Below the pieces are notes generated by a model, which did not search any database, was not told the DNA's origin, and worked only from the letters and a program-made list of their open reading frames with translations. Shown in pieces: positions 13,071-26,128 of a stretch of DNA of 50,404 nucleotides. The stretch covers positions 3,951,179 through 4,001,582 of the forward strand of contig NC_069000.1 of assembly GCF_001194135.2 (NCBI RefSeq). Reading direction: 5' to 3'. Made by a program: the position numbers and the translations under genes. The stretch's first letter is position 1, and each line of letters starts with the position of its first letter. Source of the DNA: Octopus bimaculoides. Its lineage: Eukaryota.

Positions 13071-13859
13071 CAGACGTATTTATAACGTATCTATCACTCT
13101 CAAATGTGTACGCCCCATCACTAATAACGTTGCGCATGGCCCCTAAGGCCTACAAATGATTTACGTTACTACCTGGGGATTTACCATTCCGAATGCAGCC
13201 GCCGGCTGATCTACGCATTCTTTTACACAAGGTACACGAGCGAACAGGCTGGATATTATACATGAAACTGGTAAACGGAATTGACCCCACGACCACACTT
13301 GTGACTGAGAAGACCTCCGTTTCGAAACAAGACACAAGATAGAGCCTTTCCTTGCACTTCTCTTATATATATATATTAAGAATACACATATGTTTACATA
13401 TAACATGTGCATAAATGTGCATACACATATGTATGTATGTATGTATGTATGTATAAATAGAAACAGATATATACATATATATATAGACACACACACATAG
13501 ACACACAACACACAAACACATCGACACAAGTCCACCAAACACATTCCGTCTACACTATTTCTGTATAATCTTTATGCAATTCTCTCGCTTCCACACACAC
13601 ACTCTCTCTCCCCTCCCTCTCTCTCTCCTCCCTCTCCTCTCTCTCTCCCGGCTCTCCCTCTCTCTCTCTCCTCCCTCTCCTCTCTCTCTCCCGTCTCTCC
13701 CTCTCCTCTTTCTTCATATTAGATCGTATTTCTTTATTCTCTTCTCATGATATACTTTATTCCACCAACAAATATTTGTGTTTGCCCCTATGTACGCTTG
13801 TATGTGTATATACACAAACACACACATCCACACGCACATACATACACACACACACACAT

Positions 13860-13892
<33 letters not shown>

Positions 13893-14736
13893 GTTATATA
13901 TATGCATATACACACATTTATATATATATGTATGTGTATATGTATATTTATATATATATACATATATAATGTCTACATAGACACGTATGTATAAATATAT
14001 TAATACCATTAATGTTCATACAGACAGACACACGCACACTTACACACAAACCCTCACATAAACGCACGCACACATGCACACCCACAACAACACAAACACA
14101 CATACACACAACACTCTCTTATCTTCGTTTCAGTGTGTTTCATTAGTAAACGTTTAGTGTGAAGATGTCAACTTGCAATAAGGTGAAAGGTTATCTATAC
14201 ACTGCCGTGCCATCAGAGTCTGAAATCTTCACTAAATATATATAACCACATCGAAACACTACACTCTTCCTATTAAACAAACACAACGGAATCAATCTAT
14301 TCTCCTCACAGAATATAGAAATCTTCATTAATTTCTGCTTCGATTTTCTTCAATGTATCTTGTTGGGGGATTTCATTTATTTTCTTAATATATATCTTTA
14401 TTCTCCCTGTTTTTTCTCTGAATTGTTACTGTTTATTTTATATTGAAAATAAATAACCTCATTATCGAAATGTGGGTAGAGTTAAGTTCAGCCTATAGAA
14501 CAGAACTTTAAAAGGTTTTACTCTATCGTGTAAAACTCTCGTATTTATATCAAGCTGGCCCTTATTTTAAACTAACTTAAAAGCCGCACTCCGGGGCTAA
14601 AAAGCATGACTATAATACATTTATAATGACTATATGTCCTGGTGGTGTTTGACCAGCGGTTAAGGACGGATGAAAATTAATTCTGTAATGCGATCATTCT
14701 ATTTTTCCAACTTGCCTTGTGGCAAAAATCTGAAAC

Positions 14737-14803
<67 letters not shown>
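14737..14803. repeat. (ATT)n microsatellite abutting a SINE A 5' end
   Basis: Direct. Confidence 0.95.
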
Positions 14804-14806
14804 GGA

Positions 14807-14967
14807 AGCGGCGAGCTGGCAGAATCATTAGCACGCTGGACGAAATGCTTAGCGGTATTTCTCCCGTCGCTACGTTCTCAGTTCAAATTCCTTTGAGGTC
14901 GAATTTGCCTTTCATCCTTTCGGGGTCGATAAATTAAGTATCTGTTACTCACTGGGGTCAATGAAAT
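14807..14967 (+). mobile_element. SINE family A, 3' truncated
   Basis: AGCGGCGAGCTGGCAGAATCATTAGCACG...GTTCAAATTCC...CTTTCGGGGTCGATAAATTAAGTA. Confidence 0.9.
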
Positions 14968-15049
14968 CCCAAAGTTCTTATCACGACGTAAAATTAACGA
15001 AACTAATGTCATGTGTGTGTGTGTGAGTGTGTCTTGTAGGGTCTACATA

Positions 15050-15270
15050 CGAGGAGGTGTTGAAAAGTTCCTGGCTTTAAGGATATAACGAAAAACCTGG
15101 CTGGAGGCCCAACCTTCCGAGATATTTGACAGGACTTGGAAAAACTGAAGGGCCGCTGTAAAAAAGAAGTGTCCGAATCTGAGAGGGGAATATGTTGAAT
15201 AAAATCTGAATTATTTGCTCCTTCTGTATTTCCCTTTACCCGAGGCCAGGAACATTTTAGCGCCCCTTCA
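15050..15270 (+). mobile_element. Mariner-derived MITE (internal deletion derivative)
   Basis: 27-bp imperfect TIRs CGAGGAGGTGTTGAAAAGTTCCTGGCT / GGCCAGGAACATTTTAGCGCCCCTTCA; TA on both sides (15048-49, 15271-72); frameshifted mariner C-terminus GL-EKLKGRCK-KCPNLRGEYVE* ending at 15202. Confidence 0.85.
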
Positions 15271-15301
15271 TATACGACTACTACTACCAGTAGCAGCAGC
15301 A

Positions 15302-15332
<31 letters not shown>

Positions 15333-15649
15333 AGCTGCTGCTGATACTCTGCGATATTTTCTTCTCTCATTTTCTCTACTATTGAGAAATATTTAAATGC
15401 TAGAATACAACAACGCAATCGGTTTGTGGTGTTAATTGAGGTTGTCTGTGAAACGAAAACGTAAGCAACACCGGAATTCTAATTAGAAACTTTGCGAGGA
15501 AAGAGCAAAGACAGAGACACACAGGAGAATAGAGATTTGATGACTTCTTTATGTTGTGGTTAGTATTGTTAGAGGGAGTCTGGCAGAGGTGTCGGTCGAA
15601 GAGAGGAAGAAGAAACTGTTTTGTGATGTGAAGGACAGGTGAGATAGAC

Positions 15650-15681
<32 letters not shown>

Positions 15682-15769
15682 TGAGAGAGAGAGAGAGAGA
15701 GAGAGACAGGGAAAGGTGGGGTTGAAGATATGAGAGAAGGTATATGTAAAGCGGATAGCCCCGTAATTT

Positions 15770-15860
15770 TAGATCGACCCCAGTACGCAACTGGTACTTA
15801 ATTTATTGACCCTGAAAGGATGAAAGGCAACATCAACCTCGGTGGAATTTGAACTCAGAC
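15770..15860 (-). mobile_element. SINE family A central fragment
   Basis: agatcgaccccagtacgcaactggtacttaattt...gaatttgaactcaga. Confidence 0.85.
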
Positions 15861-15889
15861 ATTCTTTAAGAATAAATTGATAATGTATA

Positions 15890-15931
<42 letters not shown>

Positions 15932-16038
15932 TGAGTGTGTGTGTCATACATATATATACATATATACATATATATGTATATATGTATAAATATATATATG
16001 TATAAATATATATATGTGTATATTTACATGTATGTGTG

Positions 16039-16148
<110 letters not shown>

Positions 16149-17610
16149 CATATACATATACATATATGTATGTATGCATGTATAATGTCAAGACAACTAA
16201 TTTCAGATATCAGACGGCCAAAAAATTCATATCAATTTGACACAAACGGAATATAATTAGAAAATAAAATATTTGATAAGGGAATTGGCGTAACGTGGTG
16301 CAAAATGAGCAAAATAAACATTGAATCTATCTAAGTATGTATAAGTATTTACACACATATAGATAAAAATGTATACATAAGCATACATCTAAATATTTAC
16401 ATATTCCTATATATATATATATATATTTACGCATAGATTTATGGAGCAGTGATCAGATATATGTTATTTAAAAAGCAAACGGAAATCTCTTGTGTTTTGT
16501 GGTATTTAGTATTATGGAGATATCTTATAAGAACAGATAAAAAATTATTTTTTTTATCTATAAGTATACCTTTACGATCAGGTATATGTAAAGGTGGGGC
16601 TCACAGAGACAGATTCACACACACATATGTATACATATAAATAATTTGCATCAAAATAAATAATACATCCGGAGCCTAATTAGGTTTCATCACCAATGTA
16701 AAAATAAAAAATTTAAAAAGTGAAGCCGCCATCACCGAATAAGTATGATGGCAATGAAAATTTTTGGCATTTGAAACAAGAAATAAAGTAGCAAATGTGA
16801 AGTGAATACACATGTGTATATATATATGCATACAAAGACGAATAGAGACACACCTTCACACACCCATCTATATCGTATATGATTATACGCACAATATGTA
16901 TATATACATATACATACTGTGCGTATGATCATATATACCTCTTTCAATGTATATATTCCTATGTAAATGCATATATGTATGTGTGTATGTATGTATATAT
17001 ATATATATATATATACACACGTTTGTGTGTCTGTCTGTGTGTCTACATGTGTCTTTGTGTGTGTGTTGTGTGTGTGCATCTGTGCGTATGTGTCTGTCTT
17101 TGCCTCTGTGCGTGGTTTGTATGTAGAGTTTTTCGAAATATATTTTGGCATTGTTGTATCAGGAATTTAGAAACTTCGAGAACGTGTATGTGTTTGCATG
17201 TACATCAGCTGAAAATATTTATGGGTTTTCGAACGAGTAAGAGAAAACTTCGTTGAATAAGAAGAAACCAGTAAAATTGTAAAAAAAAAAAACACAACTG
17301 TTTGAGACATAGAGTTTTGCTGTGACTCATCTCGCTGTTTAAAAGTGAAATATATCACAATTGAGAAAAAGACATACAACAGTTGAATAACCCAAATGGA
17401 AAAACCAATATCTCGCATTTCTACCGAAGATATATCTATGTATATGTGTGTGTGTGTGTGTACGTGTGTATGTGCGTGTTGTGTGTGTATCTGTACATGT
17501 ATGTATGTATGTATGTATGTAGCAACCATTTTTAGAAATATAAGGATTGGCTAAAATCTCGTCTGTTTGTCTATTTACACTAAACGTCCTACAATTGTAA
17601 TCGGTGAACA

Positions 17611-17649
<39 letters not shown>

Positions 17650-17663
17650 CATTCATGCATACA

Positions 17664-17711
<48 letters not shown>

Positions 17712-18268
17712 CGCACGCACACACACACACATAGAAGCTCTTGTTTTCTATATTGCTTCTGAAGTTTTTTTAACTGTTTTGGTATCGATCAGATCCGCTG
17801 CCAAATCTAGGCCTTCTATTTTTACCTTTAATCCGGAATTGTTTACCCATTGTCGGCCTTTGCATTGATTATGCTTGGCATAATTAGTTTTCTTGGCTAA
17901 TGATCATGCATCTTTATATTTCCTGATATTTCTCTCCCAGTTTTCGTACCGACCTGAAGGTTAGCTTACGTCAGTCTCAGGCTAAACTTCGTTGTATTTC
18001 AGCGCTTGTTGTACGATATTCACCAGCTGTATTACGCACGCTGTTGTTACCGCTGCTGTTGTTGTTGTTGTTGCTATTATCGTTTATTCCTAGGTAAGCC
18101 TTGATAGTGTCTCAGACATCATCATTTTCTTGTGCATTGCATATCTAGGACAACACTATTTGAAGTGCCCCACTTCGTTCTTAAAATCATGTTATGTTAC
18201 TTTCAATGAAGTCTGGCTCATATTCCTCGCAAGAGTCAAGCCATATTTATTTCTTTATTGCCCACAAG

Positions 18269-18482
18269 GGGCAGTAAAGAAATAAGAAATGTTAGCACGC
18301 TGGGTGAAATGTTTAGCGGTATTTCGTCTGCCGTTACGTTCTGAGTTCAAATTCCGCCAAGGTCGACTTTGCCTTTCATTCTTTCGGGTCGATATATTAA
18401 GTACTAGTTGTATACTGGGATCGATCTAATCGACTGGCTCCCTCGCCCCAAAATTTCTGGTCTTGTGCCTAGAATAGAAAAG
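18269..18482 (+). mobile_element. SINE A dimer-type piece: tail of unit 1 plus unit 2
   Basis: Junction gggcagtaaagaaataagaaatgttagcacg matches the dimer junction at 33880-33910. Confidence 0.85.
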
Positions 18483-18594
18483 TCCCTGGAACGATGAAAG
18501 ACTGTTTACCTCCGCGAAATTTAAATTCAATATGTAAAATGCCGGAATGTATGCCACGACGCACTTTTTTCCAATCCAGCCATCTCACCGCCTT
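18482..18594 (-). mobile_element. Old SINE family A head, inverted relative to the preceding copy
   Basis: Minus strand aaggcggtgagatggc...ttccggcattttacatattgaatttaaatttcgcggaggt aligns to the A consensus. Confidence 0.7.
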
Positions 18595-19193
18595 CAAGTG
18601 CATCAGGATATACATTGAGGCCATCTCCAAGAAGCATGGCGCTCTCGTTGACGAGACCCAAATCTGTAAAGCGTTTTAGATTCTTCAGTGTAGGACAAAT
18701 CGTGTCTATTCTATAAAGTCCATCGAATTACCAAAACTCATTTTAAATTATATTCTGCACAGCACATTTTTCTAATCAAACGAGATGGTCACGGCTAGAA
18801 AGCATCTGGTCATAGTACTTTTCAATCAGAACTGACAAGTAAGAAAACAACAACAACAACAAAAACCAGGAGCTAACTTACTGCGTTTTAATTGTAATTT
18901 AATTGATAATCGATCACTGAGATATTGGTTCTCAGGAGAATGTGAAAGATCAAAATAGCTACCAGGAACACAAATACCAATTCCATCTCAACTAATTTTG
19001 AAATCTATCCAAAGAGTTTAAAACTTGAATCGACATGTATACATATAAACATACACGTGGGGGTGTGTGAGAGAGAGAAAGAGAGAGTATGTGCTTGTGT
19101 GTGTGCGTATGTGTGAGCACGTGAACATATTCACATACCCGGATAGCAATAAATACACACACGCGCATATTTATATATATATGTATAAGTCAG

Positions 19194-19237
<44 letters not shown>

Positions 19238-19247
19238 NNNNNNNNNN

Positions 19248-19281
<34 letters not shown>

Positions 19282-19625
19282 GTGTGTGTATGCATACCTA
19301 CATATATACACACACACACACATATATATATACACAAATACATATGTCAGTGTGTATGTATGGTTATGTATATATGCATACGTATTCATTTAAACATAGA
19401 GATACATATCTATGCGCACATACCTCTATGCAGATTTGAATAGATTTAAATACCTTTGTATACATACAACTATGACCAAATACATATGTATATATGTCTA
19501 TATGTTTGTGTGCGTACATAGTTGTAAATATACATATAAACGTGTGCATATAATATATATATGCATATATATATATGTATGTATGTATGTATATAAATAT
19601 GTATGTATAAATATATATATATATT

Positions 19626-19663
<38 letters not shown>

Positions 19664-20094
19664 TGTGTGTGTGTGTATACATGTATACACAGACTCACAC
19701 ATATTTGAGTATGTGCATGTATGCGTATACGTGAGGTAGAAATGTCTATGGTTGTGGCACCGGGACGGTGGGTTAATGTAAGACGATTTAAATATTTAAA
19801 TTATATATTTTCCGCTGCAGCATGGTTTCATTTTACACAGCTAACCGCATGGTTTATCTATAAATATGTATAGTCTCATGGTCAGCCATATTTAAATCTC
19901 ATTTCCTTGTTATGCTAGAACACTGCAACGGCCATTAAAACGCTCTGAGGAATTAGAATTCTTCTTATGTTTAATTGAAATTTATCTTTATCTTTCTCTC
20001 TCACGCGGTCTACTATTTATTTACCGATCTATCCATATTTACCGATCTATCTATCTATCTATCATTCTATCTACCTATCTATCTATCTATCTTC

Positions 20095-20445
20095 CGTAGG
20101 CTTTTCTTTCCACGGCCAAACCTAAACTGTCCTCCCCTCCTTTTACACGAGAACATTACTGTGTGATACACGATCCCTATTGATCGCCCTTTTTTTTTTC
20201 GATCCCTTTTGATCGAACTACCCCCTTTTCCTTCCTACGATACCTTTTGATCGACCCCCCCTTTTTTTCCCTTCCCCCTCCCAAAAAGAANNNNNNNNNN
20301 CTTTTGATCGAACTCCCCCCTTTTCCTTCCTACGATCCCTTTTGATCGACCCCCCCCTTTTTTTCCCTTCCCCCTCCCAAAAAGAAAAGCTCTACATTGT
20401 ATTTGTCCCATCTTCGTTGAACCCTGTGTGGCTAATAAAAGAAAC
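20095..20445 (+). mobile_element. Unclassified retroelement 3' end whose tail resembles the SINE A long tail
   Basis: tttgtcccatcttcgttgaaccctgtgtggctaataaaagaaac vs SINE A tttgtcccctctatatttagccccttgtgggcaataaagaaat; repeated CGATC-N6-GATCG motif. Confidence 0.4.
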
Positions 20446-20760
20446 GTATCTATCTAACTATCTATCTACTTATCTATTTAATTAGTTAAATAACTTCGTC
20501 TGTTTATCTGTCTATCGATATATCTATCCCACTCTCTCTATCTTTGGCAATCTTTTTGTCTTAATTTCCAACTGATTTAACATTCCGCTACATTCTCTCG
20601 TTGCATATTTCTCTACGAGTCTGCCCTCCAATCTCTGCGTCTGTAAATACACACGCATGTATATACATATACATACACGCTCTATACGTATTATATGTAT
20701 ATAAATAGAAAGTATATAATATCTAACTTTTATATATATACACATACACATATACATGTG

Positions 20761-20812
<52 letters not shown>

Positions 20813-21107
20813 AATCATATACATATCTATATATATGCATATATCTATATAAATATGTACGTGTACATATGTGTGTCTATATATACATGTATCTATGTAT
20901 TTATCTATAGAGAGATTTTTAGATAGATACAGAGATATTCATACATACATAGATATACAGACATTCATACATACATATATACACATGTATACATTTATAC
21001 ATACGTATATTTAATTCTACGTGCATCTGCATATGTCCAGTAAAACATTTATGTTATCGAAATAAAAACATCATTATCGCTATCTTATCACCATGTAGTA
21101 TACTCAG

Positions 21108-21297
21108 AAGGCTTGAAATTAAGGGTAGGGGAGAAATCGATTACATCGACCCCCATAAACAACTGGTACTTATATTATGGACCCCGACAGGATGAAAAAC
21201 AAAGCCCACCTCGGCTGAATTTGATCTCAGAATGTAAGGACGAGTGATATGCTGCGAAGTATTTTGTCCGAGTCGATAACGATGCAGACAGCTCGCC
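21108..21297 (-). mobile_element. Old SINE family A
   Basis: aatcgattacatcgacccc...actggtactta...gaatttgatctcagaatgtaag...cagctcgcc. Confidence 0.8.
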
Positions 21298-21320
21298 ACT
21301 TAAATAATAATAATATTAAT

Positions 21321-21443
21321 AATCCTTTCTACTAAAGGCACGGGGCCTGAAATTTGGTGGGACTGGATAGTCGAGTATATCGACCCCAGTACATAGCTGG
21401 TACTTATTTCGTCGACCCTGAAATTATAAATGGCAAAGTCAGA
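21321..21443 (-). mobile_element. SINE family A 3' part, tandem with the previous copy
   Basis: aatcctttctactaaaggcacggggcctgaaattt...tcgaccccagtacatagctggtactta. Confidence 0.8.
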
Positions 21444-22041
21444 GCCAGTTGAATGGGGTAAGCGATCAATACAGTACAGAGGAATTTGGAGATGTGGGTT
21501 TGACAATTTATATGTTGGATAAAATATCCCGAAAGATTATATTTCTTTCAGGTTTTGTTTATAATTTTGGATAATTTCCAAGAATTAGACCCACACATGG
21601 ATAACTCAAGAATTTAGAGCATCACTTTTACTTTCGTCCAATTGTTTGATTTAGGATTATTTTGTTAGACAGCAAGCGATGAAATATTTACTTTACTTCA
21701 AGAATCGTGCCTCTGGCTAACGTGTTTGACGTAGGCTTTAAATTATTTCCATTGTAGTTAACTTTTCTGATTATTCTTATTCACACACACACACAACGAT
21801 TATATACATACATATATACACAAATGCATATANNNNNNNNNNNNNNNNNNNNNNNNNNNNNNNNNNNNNNNNNNNNNNNNNNNNNNNNNNNNNNNNNNNN
21901 NNNNNNNNNNNNNNNNNNNNNNNNNNNNNNNNNNNNNNNNNNNNNNNNNNNNNNNNNNNNNNNNNNNNNNNNNNNNNNNNNNNNNNNNNNNNNNNNNNNN
22001 NNNNNNNNNNNNNNNNNNNNNNNNNNNNNNNNNNNNNNNNN

Positions 22042-22074
<33 letters not shown>

Positions 22075-22318
22075 AAATATATCCCAAATATATTCGAATT
22101 CTTAGCAGCACTAGTTGCTAAACGATGAGTTGTATGGAGACAGTCAGCTGATCACAATTCCTTTTAACTTCGATATCGAAAGTAACATAGTGTGTTAAAA
22201 AATATATTTTATGGTACATTGTCAAATTTTCTTATCTGTACTAAACGTTTGATGCTTACTAACTTCCCACACTTGAATCCCTAGATCTTACTTACCTATT
22301 ACTATATATGCTGAAAGA

Positions 22319-22355
<37 letters not shown>

Positions 22356-22962
22356 TTTAGGTTGAATTAGGTACTTAAGTTGAAGCACCAAATCAGTCCG
22401 GTAATATCCGCACAACTCGAAGTAAGGTGAATAAAATCAAAATAAGCAACAGGATATCAAGTAGTGTTGCAGTACGACCGTTTCAAGCGACTCCACTTAA
22501 TTGAACAATGCAATCATCACATCAATTTAAAAGTAATCCCATCTTCAGCTGCACAAATAAATAAATAGAATTTTAACTAATATAATTGTTCTCAAATATT
22601 TTAACAGACCAAGAATATGGAAGAAATTCATGTTGTCGCTATTATAGCTAAGAATAGACTACACTTCCAAGAATCGCAGGAAGCCCATTGGAGTCATAGT
22701 GTTGTAAAGGGTTGTAATTCATTTCTAATTCATTTATCTCTTTATCAACTACTAATTCTAAGACTAGAAGACTGTTTTGAATAAAGGACAGGAGCACGTT
22801 AACGGCTCATGTCTAGGTATGGTCATAAATATTGTCATGTATATCCCCTTTCCTCAGAGAGGAAACAAGTCAACTGGATATAAAGTGACTGTATATAAAA
22901 AGTGGCTGGGTAGGGGAAGACTTTAAATCATGATCTTAAATACCAGTGGAAGGGGCAAGACG

Positions 22963-23006
<44 letters not shown>

Positions 23007-23625
23007 GTATAAAAATGTAAGTATATGTATTTATATGTATGTATATATATATATATACTTGTATATACGTGCATATATATATATATATGCATGTATATAT
23101 ATATATGCATATATATACGTATCTATACAGTTGTATGTGTAGGTTCGTGTTCATTATATTCATGTGACAATTATACATACATATACAGATACATCCATGT
23201 AAAAGCATATGTACGTACATACACGTAATCCATACTCTCATTCAGGTATAAGTACATCTGATAGGAGGTGTATAAAGAAGAGATGATTTGAGTTACCTAT
23301 CTCTAGCTTTATATTATTGCCTCGATACATGATACAGCAGAGGTGTTGTGGTTTCTGCTTACTTATGAAATCAAGGATCCAATATTTTTCCAGTCAATTT
23401 TTTGCTTTCAAGAAAATTATGAACTATATAAGTTATTGGTTAAAACTATATGGCTAGAGTGTATATAGGAAGGAAGCCTCTGAAGTGTGCAAGATCATGT
23501 GCCTCTGGTTCTACACAATTTGCTGCAAACATTTTCAATGATTAAATAGGAATATATATCAAAACGAATCTTGTTATAGCCTCGTAATTCGTTAGTTATC
23601 ACATAAAAGATCTCCCTATTGCCGC

Positions 23626-23793
23626 TGTATATATAACCTCGTGGGCATCGGTACCATTTTCCTCTTTCTCCGTTCTTCCATTCTCCGAACTTTCCATCTT
23701 TCCGACGAAGGGCTACGCCCGAAACGTCATGCACTCTCTCTCTTTCCTTTCCTGAGCGTCCAATAACACTATCCATATCACGTCCTCACTTTG
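23626..23793 (+). mobile_element. Penelope-like terminal-repeat fragment, copy 2 (hammerhead-like motif at 23702-23728)
   Basis: Differs from 2335-2500 by two substitutions and a 2-nt indel; runs into an N-gap. Confidence 0.6.
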
Positions 23794-25377
23794 NNNNNNN
23801 NNNNNNNNNNNNNNNNNNNNNNNNNNNNNNNNNNNNNNNNNNNNNNNNNNNNNNNNNNNNNNNNNNNNNNNNNNNNNNNNNNNNNNNNNNNNNNNNNNNN
23901 NNNNNNNNNNNNNNNNNNNNNNNNNNNNNNNNNNNNNNNNNNNNNNNNCCCCACCCCCATTTTTCACTTCTTCCTGAAAAAAAAGTCTTTGTGAAATTTC
24001 AATGTTTCAACAACAAAAAAATGCAGGTCGACACAATAATTCAGCGATATTTATGTAAAAGAAGGCAAACTCAATAGGGACCTCCCACCCCTTAGAAACA
24101 TTTATCTCTCAAAGGCTGCATTTCAAATCGGATGTGGTCAATAAGGTTCTGCATTTGCGAAGGCACTTTTAGTTTTAGGTTTTGAATTCTGCTGGCAGAT
24201 ACCTTGCAGGATTGGCGTATCTCTTTTTAATGAACATATACGCAGGTTCCCCCTCAAAAAACAGTTAAGTATCATGGATTATGTATAACAGATGTATTAT
24301 TATATTATTTCAAAGTAAAGGTTAACAACCTACAGAGACATCGAGGTGCCAGGAGAGCAACATCCTCATTCTTTAAATAAACTGGCACAAAACAAAATTA
24401 AATGGCGTATTTCTTCGGTGATTATATCAATAATGGATATTTTATTATAAGAACAGAACGATTCCAGCTTTCATCTTCATTTGCTTTTGTTTTTTTTTAC
24501 GTATTTTTTCTGCTTTCCAAATTTCCCCTTCTTCACATTATCTCTAACTCTTTATTTGTATAAATGCACGCATACATGCCTATATATCTACATATATATA
24601 TATATATACACATACACACNNNNNNNNNNNNNNNNNNNNNNNNNNNNNNNNNNNNNNNNNNNNNNNNNNNNNNNNNNNNNNNNNNNNNNNNNNNNNNNNN
24701 NNNNNNNNNNNNNNNNNNNNNNNNNNNNNNNNNNNNNNNNNNNNNNNNNNNNNNNNNNNNNNNNNNNNNNNNNNNNNNNNNNNNNNNNNNNNNNNNNNNN
24801 NNNNNNNNNNNNNNNNNNNNNNNNNNNNNNNNNNNNNNNNNNNNNNNNNNNNNNNNNNNNNNNNNNNNNNNNNNNNNNNNNNNNNNNNNNNNNNNNNNNN
24901 NNNNNNNNNNNNNNNNNNNNNNNNNNNNNNNNNNNNNNNNNNNNNNNNNNNNNNNNNNNNNNNNNNNNNNNNNNNNNNNNNNNNNNNNNNNNNNNNNNNN
25001 NNNNNNNNNNNNNNNNNNNNNNNNNNNNNNNNNNNNNNNNNNNNNNNNNNNNNNNNNNNNNNNNNNNNNNNNNNNNNNNNNNNNNNNNNNNNNNNNNNNN
25101 NNNNNNNNNNNNNNNNNNNNNNNNNNNNNNNNNNNNNNNNNNNNNNNNNNNNNNNNNNNNNNNNNNNNNNNNNNNNNNNNNNNNNNNNNNNNNNNNNNNN
25201 NNNNNNNNNNNNNNNNNNNNNNNNNNNNNNNNNNNNNNNNNNNNNNNNNNNNNNNNNNNNNNNNNNNNNNNNNNNNNNNNNNNNNNNNNNNNNNNNNNNN
25301 NNNNNNNNNNNNNNNNNNNNNNNNNNNNNNNNNNNNNNNNNNNNNNNNNNNNNNNNNNNNNNNNNNNNNNNNNNNNN

Positions 25378-25410
<33 letters not shown>

Positions 25411-25469
25411 CACACACATAGTATACAAATACATGTATATCATACACATATTCGCGTACATATATATAC

Positions 25470-25532
<63 letters not shown>

Positions 25533-25588
25533 CGGACAAACGGACGGACAGACAGATATACTCTATTCGGACCAGTCTATTCCTCACT

Positions 25589-25830
25589 AGGTGCTGTTGT
25601 AAATCTCATTAGCACTCATGCCCAAATGCTTAGCGGCATTTCAACCGTTGGCACGCATGTCCAAATGCTTAGCGGCATTTACGTTCTGAGTTCAAATTCC
25701 GCTGTGGTCGGCTTTCCATTTCATCCTTCCGGGGACAATAAAATAAGTACCAATCAAGTACCAGGGTTCGATATAATCGACAAGCTCCCTCAACTTTCAG
25801 GAATTTATCCTATTGTAGAGAGAAATATGG
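25589..25830 (+). mobile_element. SINE family A with an internal 30-nt tandem duplication
   Basis: ccaaatgcttagcggcattt occurs twice, then acgttctgagttcaaattccg...aataagtacc. Confidence 0.8.
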
Positions 25831-25898
25831 AACATCAGTAAGTATTTTTTCCAAGCGGCGCTATTAAGTTAGTCATGGCCTGAGCCAATTCCTTCTAT

Positions 25899-26089
25899 TC
25901 TTTCAGTTGTTTCAGTCATTTCACTGCGGCCATGCTGGAGCACTGCCTTTAGTCGAACAAATCGAAGCCAGGACTTATCCTTTGTAAGACTAGTAGTTAT
26001 TCTATCATCTATTATTCCGAACCGCTAAGTTACAGGGAGGTAAACACACCAACATCGGTTGTCAAGCGATGGTGGCGGAACAAACACAG

Positions 26090-26128
<39 letters not shown>

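Noticed and set aside
13150-13335. CTGAAGA...GAAAC hammerhead-like spacing, and a B-box-like GGGGTCAATTCC on the minus strand
   Set aside because: Stem II cannot pair and no valid cleavage triplet follows; at most a very old SINE I cannot assign
18510-18710. Minus-strand frame ending GLEKSASWHTFRHF, resembling the tyrosine recombinase HxxRH motif
   Set aside because: The motif lies inside sequence that aligns well to the SINE A head at nucleotide level; no other recombinase motifs present
20206-20387. 85-bp tandem duplication across the 10-N gap
   Set aside because: Near-identical contig-end overlap on both sides of a nominal gap; most likely an assembly or haplotype artefact
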